Below, piece after piece: positions 32,511 through 44,527 of a stretch of DNA of 44,527 nucleotides (its first letter is position 1; each line of letters begins with the position of its first letter). This DNA is from Macrostomum lignano (Eukaryota). Below the pieces are notes generated by a model that saw nothing but the letters and a program-made list of their open reading frames with translations, did no database searches and had not been told where the DNA came from. The position numbers were made by a program, and so were the translations under genes. The DNA lies in assembly GCA_002269645.1 (NCBI GenBank), contig NIVC01004484.1, positions 1 to 44,527 on the forward strand. Direction: 5' to 3'.

Positions 32511-33479
32511 CCATTAAAGTACCATTACAGACAGAGACAATGAGAGAAAGAGGGGGGCACAGTGGAAATTTTGCGCGAACTTGAGAATTTTCTGAGCATC
32601 TTCTGAGAATTTTCCGTTTAGAATTTGCAGCCCCTTCAATTTCAATGGAATAAAAAAGTGGTCCGATGCGGATACAAAAAAGGCGATGCGAGATAAGTGC
32701 GGGCACAATTTGTGTATAAATAGGATAGAGTTGAGAGCAGAAATGCGCTGCTTTGAAACCGGGTTAAAAAACTGTTGAAGCGTACTGCTCAACACTGCTG
32801 CGCTGCTTTCTGCTACTCGCTTCCAACAGCAGAGAAGGTAGGTGAAACTTTTGAAAATTTGACTGTTTTGTTTGGTTTTATCTATTATATTATTTATAAT
32901 ATACAATGGTTTATATTTTAACAAAGTTAGACATATTAAAAACATTATTGACGTAGGAAAAAAAGTTCTAACTTGGAAGAGGATTTGGTTTTGCTGTATA
33001 ATCGCAAAGATTATTGACTTCTGGGCTTGTTATTGTAGTTTTTGTTTTAAACAGCAGTTACACGTTATAGTAGAAAATCAGAGGGCGCGGTGTTTGATAA
33101 ATAATTGCTCAAGCTGTGATCTGCAACTGAGTCCTGTACTACAGCATATCATATCGCAAGTGGAAAAGATCAGAGTGTGTAATGAATATAAGAGATGCCC
33201 AGTACGCACATGTTATTAGAATAAGTTGGGTTTTTCAATTATTAGCAAAATTGTTTACCTAAGTAGATTTTAAAAAAGAGTTTACTCTTGCAAACTAAAC
33301 TAAAGGCAGCAGTTTTATTGTTTGGTTGTTAATATTAACCGGTCGTTGCATTTGACTTTAAGCTTATAACATTGTTTAGCAATTTGACGATCAATATTCA
33401 CATTTTTAATGCAGAACAATCCATTACTACAAACAATGCATTGTCTGTAGGATCGTCAAACAGAAAAAACAATGCAAAG

Positions 33480-33574
33480 AATCAGCGGTCGCAGCACGTA
33501 ACAACGATTTGTCTATGGCTCGCGCCTACCGGAGCTCGCCAGACAATCGTTGTCACGCACTGGGACCGCTGATT
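33480..33574. repeat. Imperfect 35-bp inverted repeat (hairpin/MITE-like)
   Basis: AATCAGCGGTCGCAGCACGTAACAACGATTTGTCT pairs with AGACAATCGTTGTCACGCACTGGGACCGCTGATT. Confidence 0.8.
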
Positions 33575-33705
33575 ATAGCATTTCCCTGTCAATTTGGTCC
33601 TAGAATCACTTAATTTAATCCGCAATAGAGAATTCCAATTCATTCTGCCGACACTAGAGATATGTCTATGGCCAAATATGCTGTTTCGTTCCATTCAATT
33701 TAATC

Positions 33706-33847
33706 CTGGGAGCACCTATTTCGCGTATTTGTTTTAAAAGCCGTTAATAAGCAAGAATGATTGACTCGGAAAGTAGCGCCGCCAGCTTTGTCACTGCTGA
33801 CGGGGAAGGAAATCAGGGAAGGAAATGCGCGAAATAAGTGCTCCCAG
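33706..33847. mobile_element. 142-bp MITE-like element with 25-bp TIRs
   Basis: CTGGGAGCACCTATTTCGCGTATTT ... AAATGCGCGAAATAAGTGCTCCCAG; no TSD seen. Confidence 0.55.
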
Positions 33848-34997
33848 ACTTATTTCTTTATTTAAAGAATTAAATAAATGCATATTTATCCATTGGCTTA
33901 ATGAAAGTCTTGCATTCAACTATAGACAGAAAAGAGCAATACTTTATACAGATTGAGCTATCCCAACCATAGACAGAAGGGAACAATAAAAATGTGGACG
34001 GCTTTTTTCGGCAGCAAATTAATCGACTTTCTAGTCGTCAGGCATGTACACTCTGTGCCTTCGGGGGGGGGGAGGGGTCGGACCTCATTGGTCACGAAAA
34101 AAGCCGTCAACATGCATGTATTGCTCTTAACCAACTAACTTAGGGGAATTCAGACAATTGCTGTACGAAATTAAGAAGCATTCTAGAAAATTCTAGAAAG
34201 GAATAGGGATTGACCTATTAAAATATAACATAAATAGAACATATCAGAGTAATATGCAATGTCTTAACACAAGTTAACACACTAAAAAGTCATAATAATA
34301 GTAATAATAATAGTAATAATAATAATAGCAATAAAAATAATATTAATACTAATAATAATAATGATAACAATAATAATTGCAGAAGGGTTGCGGGCACCCT
34401 CGCGTAACGCCTTCCGTGAAATCGTATTATAGCCAGTGGTAAGGCAATTTTTAGTTAATTACTATATTATTATTAATTAGTTATAGTCCAGGAGTTACCA
34501 TCACCGAATCAGAGTACTAGAGCCAAAGTTAACTACCTATATATTTACTTTTCCAGGTCGCTGTAAACCCGCAAAAAAATCAAAAGACAAATCGGAATAA
34601 GCCGGTAAGTGGCTGGCATTTGTTTTAGTTCAAAATTGAGTTATAAGAACGGAGCGTATCTAAATCTCGTTGCTGTTGTGTTGCACTTCTAGGAATTGTT
34701 TTTATCTGAGCATACTACTCTAACTAGTGAATTAGAGGTATTAGAGAATTAGAGATATACACGAAAGCTTTTTTTGGCGGTTGATGTACAAAAAGAATTG
34801 TTCCATTTTGTTAGTATAGAGTCTAGTCTAATTGGTACAACGACTACTCGTAGCTTGTCACATTTAGTCAGAGGCCTTGAATTCCTCGATAATGCCTTGT
34901 TGCAGCAGTTAATCGATCTCCTTTTGCATCGAATCGCTTAGAGCGGCGGCACTCTGCACAACCGCTCAGATATCGGATGCATCGCCGGGTTGACTTT

Positions 34998-35018
34998 CCA
35001 AATAGATAGATAGATTGC

Positions 35019-35060
<42 letters not shown>

Positions 35061-35742
35061 AATTTATTTATTGACTCATTGACTGATTAATTGATTGATT
35101 GGTAGATTAATTGATTGATCGATTGACTCATTGATTGATTGATCGACTGATTGATTGATTCATTCATTGGTGTAAATATACATAGATTGCTTTATTGATT
35201 GATTTTTGATTCACAGATAATTTGATAGATGAATTGATTGATTGATTAAATATTTGACTGATTAAAAGAAAAAATAGATATAAAGATTGACAGACTGATA
35301 AATTGATTGATAGATAGAAAGATTTATTGATTATTTGATTGATTTGATTGAATTTGGATTGATATTGATTGATATTGATTAATTATTGATAGTTGATTTA
35401 TTAACTGACTGATTAATTCATTGATTGATAGATTGTATTGAATGATTGATTGATTGATTGATGCATATATACATAGGTTATTTATTGATTGATTTATTGA
35501 TTAACAGATTGATTAAAAGATAGATAGATTAACGGATTGATATACTGATTGATTAATTATTGTATTGACTGAAAAGATTGACTGTTATATTGATAACAAT
35601 CAATATTAATTGATTATTGTATTGACTGAAATCAATTATTATATTGACTGAAAAGATTGATTGTTATATTGATAGATAGATAGATGGATATACAGATAGA
35701 TAGAAAGATTGAAAGATTGATTGATATACTGATTGACTGATG

Positions 35743-35780
<38 letters not shown>

Positions 35781-37947
35781 AAGAAAGATAGATAAATTGA
35801 TTTATTTATTAATTGATTAATATACTGACTGATTGATATAGTGATTGATTAATTGATTGATATACTGGTTAATTGATTTATTGATTTATTGATTTATTGA
35901 TGGACATAAAGAGTAACTGATTGATTGATAGATTAGATGGATAGAAAGATTGATTGATTGATTGATTGGTGTATTGATTGATTGATAAAGTAATTAATTG
36001 ATTGATTGTTTGATTGCTGAATATCGATCGATAGATTAATTTATTGTTTAAATGCTAAATTGACAGATTGATTAATTGATTTTTTGAAAGATAGATAGCT
36101 GAAAATAATGGTTGATTGATTGTTTGGGTGATGAATTGATTGATATACTGATATGCTGATTGATTGATTGACTGATAATATAATATATTGACTGATTGAA
36201 AGATAGATAGATAGATAAATAGACAAAAAATTGATTGATTGATTGAATGATTGATTGATTGATGTATATATACATATATTACTTTGTTGATTGATTTTTA
36301 ATTGACAGATTGGTTGATAGGTAAATTAATTGATTTATTGATGAATTGAATGATTTATATACTGATTGATTGGTTGATTGACTCATTGAAAGAAAAATAG
36401 ATAGACAGATAGACAGATAGATACATAAATAGATTCGTAGATGGATAGATAGATAGATTGATGAATCGATTGATTTGTTGACTAGTAGATCATGCTTGGG
36501 CGCAACCTAGGGATTCACTCGGCCGTTTCTATTGGCAACGCACACATGTAAGTCGCTATTGGACAGAATAGTAATCACGTGACTGATCTCAGCCAATAGG
36601 GACTCACATGTGTGTGTTGCTAATAGAAACGGCTGGGTGATTCCCCAGTTTGCGCATGTTTGTAATAGAATAAGTGATTAATTAATTGATTGATTAACTG
36701 ACTGATTAATTGATTGATTGATGTATAAATACGCTCGTACATAGCTTAATTTATTGATTGATTTATTGATTAACAGATCGATTGAAAGATAGATAGATTG
36801 ACCGATTGATATACTGATTTATTGATTGTTGATTAATAAATTGATAGATAGATAGATAGATAGATATATGGATAGGTAGATAGAAAGATTGATTTATTGA
36901 TTGATGAATCGATCGATTGATATATTGATTAGCTGATTGATTGACTGATGGATAGATAGATAGAATAGATAGATCGATAGACACTGGGAACAAGTGAATA
37001 GGTCGTTGACTTTATCTGTGGGTCGACCAAAACGAGAGAGCGAATCAGAATTTCTTGACGTTACGTCACGTTACGTTAATTACGTTAATTAAGAATTGCG
37101 AAACGTAACAGATAACTCAAATCAAATCAATAATCCCCCTAGGAATAAAATAATTACATCCTATTATATTATATCCTTATCCTAGGGGATTCCTTCCTCC
37201 TTCCTACGAAGCAAGGAGGCGAATGTATTCTCGAATGTATCGACAATAAATGGCTCTCGTAAATTCAATTAATCAACTAATTAACGCCAACAATAAAAAA
37301 ACTGAATCCGGTAAACGCTTACCAATTGGACAAGTGTGGTCCCTAGGAGATTAGTCTTCTTTATTGTTCCTTCAGAGTCTTCTTAGAGACCGCTCTGAGT
37401 CTGAATTTTTTATTCGGAATTTTACTTATATTTATAACAAAATTTGGAGAAAAACTGGTTTAAGATCGGATGTTTACTTAAGTCATTCATGTTTTATTAA
37501 GCGATTATGCATGTTTGAGCACTGCCATATATGGGATTGAGCAAATACAGCTGTTGGAATCCGTTTCTTTGACCAAACAGACTTAGGTCCTACGTAGGGT
37601 TCTAAGTCACTCTATTTGCGCGTGATTCTAGGTTGCAGTTTAAAACAGGCTTTCATAGAGTATTACTTTAAGTAGTGCAGAATTTTTTAATAACTCTCTA
37701 CAATTGATATACTGATTGATTGTTGCTTGATTAATTGATTTAGTGACTTATTATTGATTGGTGGATGTATAGTTAATTGATATATTGATATATTGATTGA
37801 TTGATTGGTTGGTTGATTGATTAATTTATGGATTGATTGATTGTGGGATTGATTGATTTATTTATGGATTGATTGATGAATTGATTGATTGATTGATTAA
37901 TTGATTAATTGATTGATTTATTGAGGGACTAATTAATTGGTCGATGC

Positions 37948-37981
<34 letters not shown>

Positions 37982-38070
37982 AATTAATTGATTGAGGGAC
38001 TAATTGATTGGTCGATGTATGATTGATTGATTGATTGATTGACTGATTGATGGATTGATTAATGAAATAG
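34998..38070. repeat. Large degenerate (GATT/GATA)n simple-repeat blocks
   Basis: Blocks at ~34998-36480, ~36670-36985 and ~37700-38070, strongly C-poor on the + strand. Confidence 0.92.
36499..36655. mobile_element. Palindromic MITE-like element embedded in the microsatellite
   Basis: ~60-bp imperfect arms (CTAGGGATTCACTCGGCCGTTTCTATTGGCAACGCACACATG... and its inverse) around a central TCACGTGA. Confidence 0.7.
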
Positions 38071-39329
38071 TTAATCACTTTTGTATGAAGTATCATCTGA
38101 GTACACACGAAATCGTTTTATTTTTGTACAGGCATTGAAGGCGCAGAAGGCGGATTTCGTTTTATTACTGGCTGAGAGAGCAGCAAAATGGCCGAGGGGC
38201 GTGGCGAAGGTGAGCTTGCTTGGCGATTATGTAGGGGTGTATTTCCAAATAAGATTTATGTAATATATCTTTTAAATTCACGTTTCGATGCCATGCAGCT
38301 AATTCATGTTGCTTTATGGCGATATTGTAGGGAAAGGCGCGGTCTAAAGAAATGACGGGTTACGAGTATTGCTTAATGTTTTCGTAAATGCATATGCAGC
38401 CCAGGATTTCCTTTGTAGGAATTATTGGACCAACGAGCTATCTACCTCGATTTAGAAATATTTCCGTTGTAGGAGAATTTAAAGGAGCGCTGTGAAAATT
38501 TTGCATACTTAGCTCGTAGGCAGGAGAAGGGCTAGCTAGAGAAATAAAAGATACACAATTTCTTTGAAGGTACTTAGGTAGCTAGGCCAAGAAGCGTCTC
38601 AGAGCTACTTGCGTCGCCCCAGAGTTGTTTCAGAGTTTTTGCAGGTAACACAGGTAAACACTCGTAGAAAAGGCGTAACTTAAGCTCGTAGACGACTTTA
38701 AAACGACTCCAAAAGTCGACAAAGAGTCACCCTAAACCCAATTTTATTTTCTGCGACTCCGAAGCGATTCTACATGGGCGATGCAAGTGACTCTGGAGCT
38801 TTTCTTTAACGACTCCGGAAATGTAAAACGGAATTCATTATTCACATCGCATTATAGTTGCACATTTTTATCGTGTATTTTGTTACACAGTCAGCTGAGA
38901 ATACATGTAAATATGTTATCAAAGATGTTATCAAACTCTATGTGTCTGTCTGAGTACAAATTGGTTGACTTGTACTCAGACAGAGTACAAGTCAACCGCT
39001 CAACCAAATGACACCCAATTTTGCACCCACCCTAAAAATCACTACCGAGAATGTCTTGAGTATCTTGAAATTCCTAAATTCGAATTTTTTCTAACTAAAA
39101 GTGCAAAAAACTGCAAAAAAGCGCATTTTTTCACTAAATCCTCCATAGCGTTGCTTCAATTTTACCAATCCTAATTTAATTTTTGATTCCAACATTTAAC
39201 AATCAATCTTTAACTATTTTGACACAATCCTGCAAAAGTTCGAGTCGCAAAGTTTCTTGACAACTTCTGACGACTGGTCTCTTCCTCCGAGGCCCCATTC
39301 TGCACGGTGGTTGCCCCCAGATATTTAAA

Positions 39330-40030
39330 ATTCTCCATCAATCACAATTCCTTCCTGCTTTGTCTTCACCATTCCCTGCCACCATTGTCTCGCTCTTTTC
39401 TTGGTAACTTTCATGCCAAACTTTCTTGAAGCTCTGTCCAGTTTCGTAGTCGGTTTTATTCAGCTCCTCATCTTTGACAATCAAATCAATGTCGTCTGCA
39501 AAACGCAAGTTGTTAATATTTATGCCTCCGCACCTCATCCAGTTTCTCTACCGTTTCTGCCATTATCCTTTCCAGGAACATATTAAGGAGAGTGGGTGAT
39601 AGGATACATCCTTGTCTCATTCCCACCGTTGCCCTGAACCAGTCACTAGATATTCTAGGTTTTATTCCTCCCATTTCTATCAATTTCTCCGCCCAGAACG
39701 CTTTTGTCTACGTTTGTTTTGTGATAATACGAGCCTACAGTTAGAGCTACAGTATTCTTTCTTTCTTTAAACCACCTCTTGGCTTTAGGTTCAGGTATTT
39801 CCTTCCCGCTCTTCTCCATCATCCATTTATTTTTTGCGTCATTCTGTCAGCTTATTATTACGAGCTATTTTATAGGCTTCTCTCGTGTTGTTCCCCTCAA
39901 AGTCGCTTTCCAACAGCATTGGTTTGTTCCTCTACCCATTCTTCTTTTGATTGTCTCAGTTGTCTTCGCACTTTCTTGATTCCCTTTCTGTACTCGTCCA
40001 TTTGCTTCTCTCCCTTATGAATGAATTTGA
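39330..40030 (-). mobile_element. Degenerate RTE-clade LINE fragment
   Basis: SDWFRATVGMRQGCILSPTLLNMFLE and NINNLRFADDIDL (RT motifs), plus upstream GNNTREAYKI linker-like sequence with stops. Confidence 0.8.
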
Positions 40031-40647
40031 AGTTGAACCCACTGATCCCTCATGAATTTGCGCCATATTGTCACCTCCAAAATCCGTTTCAAAATCCGCG
40101 GGTTTTAACAGTTTGTAGATGAATAAAACCAATTAGTCGAGTTGTGCCAATTTTATGATTTTTAGGCACAGGGTATGTACCTAGGATCTAAAATTAACAT
40201 TAATCAATAAAATTAATTAAATTACAAAATGTATGCTTGTATTTTTCTGTTCTAATTGCGTAGTCCTTAGAGAAAAGAGACATTTTAGGGTTGAAAACAA
40301 GGCTAGAAACAATTAAGATAAGCCGATTTTTATTTTATAACACAAGAGTTTATTTGGATCAATTCGAAAAACAAAATAATTGACAGGCATATTGCAGATT
40401 AAGTTGCTCTTACTCGATAAGACTAACCGCAGGTATTCAAGCACAAACAATTATTGTACGAAAGTAAGGAGCATTCCATACAAATTTATCATCAGGTTTT
40501 AGAGAAACAAAATAAATAAATGTTCCAGTGTATAGTTATAAAGTCTACAAGTGTGATTGTCACGAATTATTAAGTTGAAAATTTTGAAGTTAAGAAACCG
40601 TAGTATATGAATGTAGCTTATCACATTATCCTTTTAAGTATCAGAGT

Positions 40648-40996
40648 ACACGTTTCACTCCACGTTTCACTCCACGTTTCACTCCACGTTTCACTCCACG
40701 TTTCACTCCACGTTTCACTCCACGTTTCACTCCACGTTTCACTCCACGTTTCACTCCACGTTTCACTCCACGTTTCACTCCACGTTTCACTCCACGTTTC
40801 ACTCCACGTTTCACTCCACGTTTCACTCCACGTTTCACTCCACGTTTCACTCCACGTTTCACTCCACGTTTCACTCCACGTTTCACTCCACGTTTCACTC
40901 CACGTTTCACTCCACGTTTCACTCCACGTTTCACTCCACGTTTCACTCCACGTTTCACTCCACGTTTCACTCCACGTTTCACTCCACGTTTCACTC
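40648..40996. repeat. Perfect 12-bp minisatellite (CACGTTTCACTC) x~29
   Basis: Direct reading; it generates the HVSL/SETW/KRGV repeat ORFs. Confidence 0.97.
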
Positions 40997-41044
40997 ATAC
41001 TCTTCAAAATATGTTGCAATTGATGCTACGTATTTGTTGGCAGG

Positions 41045-41880
41045 TTAATTCTCTTGAGTTGACCTCCGGACTTCCTGGTTGTCACTGATATTCGAACCAC
41101 ATTCCGATTCGTTCACCATTGGTTCTGCGTCCGTCTGTAACTGAAGTGTGTCCTGGCGATCCAATTCTTGCTCCTTAAAGCACGACTCTTGAAAAGTTAC
41201 ATTTCGACTAATAAATACTGAGCGCGTTTTGTAGTCTAAACAGCAATAGCCTTTGCTAGTTTCCGAGTATCCAATAAATCTTATAAATTTTGAATTGAAT
41301 TTGTGACGTTTTTCTGCTGGCATGTGTGCGCAGTGCATGGAAACATATCCGAATACTCTCAAATGTTGCACGTTTGGCTTTTTGCCAGCCCCATATCTGA
41401 AATGGTGTCGCTGCTGACTGTACTGTTCATTGAATGGCTGCAAAGGTAAACTAGCTCTGCCCAGAAAGATAGCCTCTGCTCAAAATTCCTTGCCAAGGCC
41501 GGCATGCACAATCATTGACCCAGCTGCCTCCACTGAGTTCTTGTGTTCTGGAAAATATGGCAAAGTCGTTTGGTGAATGATTCCGTTCCGGGCACTAAAA
41601 GCTTTAAAATTGTCTGATATATGCTCTCAACCATTAAAAGTTTAAATAGCCTTGATAGATCTGCCTGCTTGGTTTCTGACTAGGGCTTGAAAATTCTTAA
41701 ATCAGTCCAAAATTTCCGAATTGTTTTTCAGACAGTAAATCGAACAGTAGTGCGAGCTATCATCAATGAATGTGATAAAGTATTTTGCTCCTGGATAGTA
41801 GCACAGATCGCTGTGAATCAGAGGCAATAGTTCGTTGGACCTTGAACTCTCACCCTTCGTAAATGGTTTTAGTGCATTTT
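41045..41880 (-). mobile_element. Degenerate Ty1/Copia integrase-SH3 remnant
   Basis: ELLPLIHSDLC, GAKYFITFIDDSSHYCSIYCLKNNSEI, NGIIHQTTLPY, F*AEAI, and KKPNVQHLRVFG...KRHKFNSK..FIGYSETSKGY, with frameshifts and stops. Confidence 0.85.
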
Positions 41881-42406
41881 TCACGTATGCCTTACAAAGT
41901 GAGATGTTGTAAGCCTTTTTTCTAAAGAAAATTCTCTTTAGAGAACGATAGATACACTCCTTTAGAAATAGACACATACATGTAGAACCAGAAACACAAG
42001 CAACACGAGGGAGCAGTTTTATTGGCACACACCAGCACAAGTTAAATTAATTCAAGTTATTTAATTCAAGTTAAATAAACTTTCACATTGGCACAAGCGC
42101 AGGTGTGCCAGTTCGGAAGCTTCAGTGCTTCAAATTAATTTCATCAATTGATTTGATCAGATGATAGGAGACTTAAAATATTTAACTTATCAGTGAATAG
42201 CCTTCAGATGTATAAAATTGTGCAAACGGTGGTGAAATTGATACGAGCAAAAACAATTTCCTATTGGCACCGGCTTAAATTTTATAGTCGTAGAAATCTA
42301 AACCAATGTTCAATACTTTTTGCACCAGATTTTTATCCAAATCTGGTCACGCGACCTAGCCAATTAGTAGCAACTGGCCCACTGGCTTTGTCATTTTTCA
42401 TTCCAG

Positions 42407-44511
42407 GTGAGTCGCCATCGGTGAGCAGGGCCATTGAAGACGCTCTTCGTCAGTTTCTGACTCAGGAAGATGCGGAAAAGTGGAATGACAAACTTCAAAA
42501 GTACGTGTCCGTGAAAAACGTGCCAAGCATTTTTCATCTGAGCTTTCAAAATGACCACGAGAGTTTTGCTCAGCAACAAGACAGCCAAGAAGAGAAAGAA
42601 ATGGCAGACCGTGTTTTAAGACAACTGGATGAAATAAAATCTGTTTTTGCAGAAAATAGAGATGCTATAGCGCAAGTTAAAAAATATCAGTCAAAGTACG
42701 AAAGCGCTAGAAAAGAACTTGAACAAAAGTTAGCACCCAACTTAGAAAAGAAGACTCATGCCCATGAACCGGAAAAATGCTGCTCAGTGGATATTAATGC
42801 TCTCTTGGAGTACCTGTTGACTCTGCAGTTAGAAGACGTCCAGATTCAACCCGAAGCCTGCGTGAGAGTTCCTAACAACTGTTCGGATCAAGAGAGTGAT
42901 GACGAAAAGGGAGCTCCCGTGCAGTGCAATGAACTCGACAACCAAGAAAACCAAGCTGGACACTTAAACAAGAAATTCGCCGAGTCTTCGAACTCGCCAA
43001 AATCTAGATTAACAACTGAAACAAGCAATGATGATGAAACGCTCTCTGAGAGTTCGGAATCGGAAAGCGAGGCTGAAGATGAAGAAACAACTCATAAATC
43101 TCTTGAAGTCGACTCGCACGAAAGTGAAGCAGAGCAAGAGAGACAAGCTCAAGAAACTTACACGGAAAAATCGGATTTGAAGGGTGCGCTTAAAGATTTT
43201 CCTAATTTGAGAGAGATGGTGGCTAAAATAGGAATGAGTGACTGGTTTCCAATGTCCATACCTTTCACGCAAATAATTAAAGTCGTAGCATCTAACAATG
43301 AGGCACCAGAGAGCCTGGAGCCAACTCAAACGTCCTGGTATCTACTAAGACAGCTTTTTAATTATAACGGGCGAGCTGTTAGGCCGGATTCCAGCATCCT
43401 TTTGCAATCAAAAATTAGTTTGCAAGAGGAAGAAGAGGATAATTCGGAGGAAGGAATCAACCCAATCGATGCTCTTCTCTGCTGCTACCTCTGCTGCGAC
43501 CAGGAGGTGCAGCAAATGCTTTGCAAAATTCTGTTTGCCTGCAAGTTGGCTTTTCCACTTATCTACCGAGATGAGAAGCACTCATTAGTGATGAGCAACT
43601 GGAGCCTGAGAGACATCATTCTCCAATTTCGAGATCCGAACGGTCAGTACGTCGAGACCAGTCTAGTTTCAGATTACCCGCTTCCAGTGGTGTCCTTTGT
43701 GAGGATCGGAGAGCTGCCTGTGTCCAAGTCCAAGCTGCTGAACTCTCTTATCAACGGCAGCAGTCATGAGACATTCTTTCACAGAGACTGCTCCGGCGGA
43801 CAAGCTCGAAGGCTTTGCAGCAACGGTCTGGTTGAGGCCACAGTGTTTCTGCCGTCGAAGACAAGCGCTTCTGCCGCCATGGTCCGGCCATTCTTGACAG
43901 CGAATCTTCGAGGAAACGTTTTAGAGTTCGATGAGCAAGCTCGCCTATTGGCCGAAGTCTCCCAGGTCATTGTAGTTTTTGTCGGGTTGGAAATACTTAG
44001 AGGGCAAGAGTGCTTGCAAAGTCTTCGGAATCTGAGAGAAAAAGCTGAGATCATTCTCGTTGTATTCAAAGAAATGGTCAGATCTACTAAAAGCAAGTCT
44101 CAAGAATACACCGAAGAGGAAAAAGAAATTGTTGCATCGTTGCCAACAGTAACAGCTTTTAGTGGAAGGAGACCAAAAGCGGAACGGGAGCTTCTCAGTG
44201 ACCTAAGTCGCGAGCTGGCTCAAAAGCTGGTCAATGAAGATTTAAATACAGAAATTCCGTTCGCGCAGCAACTCCAGCAGACCGATTTCGATAGTTTCCT
44301 AGGTGGAACTATGGAAAGTGCCGTCGCGCTGCTGAGTAAAATTGACGAGGCAGACCAGACAAACTTGGCACAAGAATGTTTGCCCCTGACGGCTCTGTGG
44401 CTAGAATACAGTCAACTACTACGAAAGGAGTACAATATCAAGTCTCCAGAAGAAATTGAGATTAGCTCGTCAAAAAGGGCCGGTATCGAAATAAGCAGAT
44501 CGAAATTCTGA
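42407..44511 (+). CDS. Very-large-inducible-GTPase family protein (GVIN/URGCP-like), large exon, partial
   Basis: INPIDALLCCYLCCD..VQQMLCKILFACKLAFPLI, WSLRDI, PVVSFVRIG...SKSKLLNSLI...HETFFHRDC.GG..RR..SNGLVE, ANLRGN, LPL..LW. Acidic N-terminal linker. Splice acceptor TTTTTCATTCCAG at 42406. The GTPase domain is not reached within the window. Confidence 0.85.
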
Positions 44512-44527
44512 AAGAATCAAAGACACT

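Noticed and set aside
36041-36993. I/S/Q/N-rich ORFs
   Set aside because: They are microsatellite translations.
40607-41023. Three repeat-protein ORFs (HVSL, SETW, KRGV)
   Set aside because: They are translations of the 12-bp minisatellite.
42193-42406. First 71 codons of the 772-aa ORF
   Set aside because: Non-ATG start and intron-like composition ending in a strong acceptor at 42406.

Overview
Eukaryotic, AT-rich, repeat-dense genomic DNA, most likely from an invertebrate animal (GT-AG introns, LINE and Copia remnants, microsatellites). There is no prokaryotic signal. (1) Positions 1 to ~14060 are a nearly complete Maverick/Polinton (adintovirus-like) endogenous dsDNA virus whose left terminus lies outside the window. 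It encodes a retroviral-type integrase, an adenovirus pX-like core protein that the ORF track missed, protein-primed PolB, an adenain protease, a hydrophobic membrane protein, a coiled-coil fibre-like protein, an A32-type packaging ATPase, two GxG-motif proteins, major and minor capsid proteins, a terminal ORFan with a 5'-UTR intron, and subterminal dyad repeat arrays. Most of its frameshifts are single-base losses in homopolymer runs, so the real element may be intact. (2) 15033-17738 is a non-autonomous DNA transposon with 80-bp TIRs and an 8-bp TSD. (3) 18586-27864 is a full-length CACTA/EnSpm element with 13-bp TIRs, a 3-bp TSD, an intact spliced transposase and a 5-exon DUF4806-type second gene carrying a 57-bp coding repeat. 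(4) ~28-42 kb is a field of MITE-like palindromes, microsatellites and SINE, RTE and Copia remnants. (5) 42.4-44.5 kb is a large exon of a host VLIG (GVIN/URGCP-family) gene. All family assignments come from motif recognition by eye; no searches were run.
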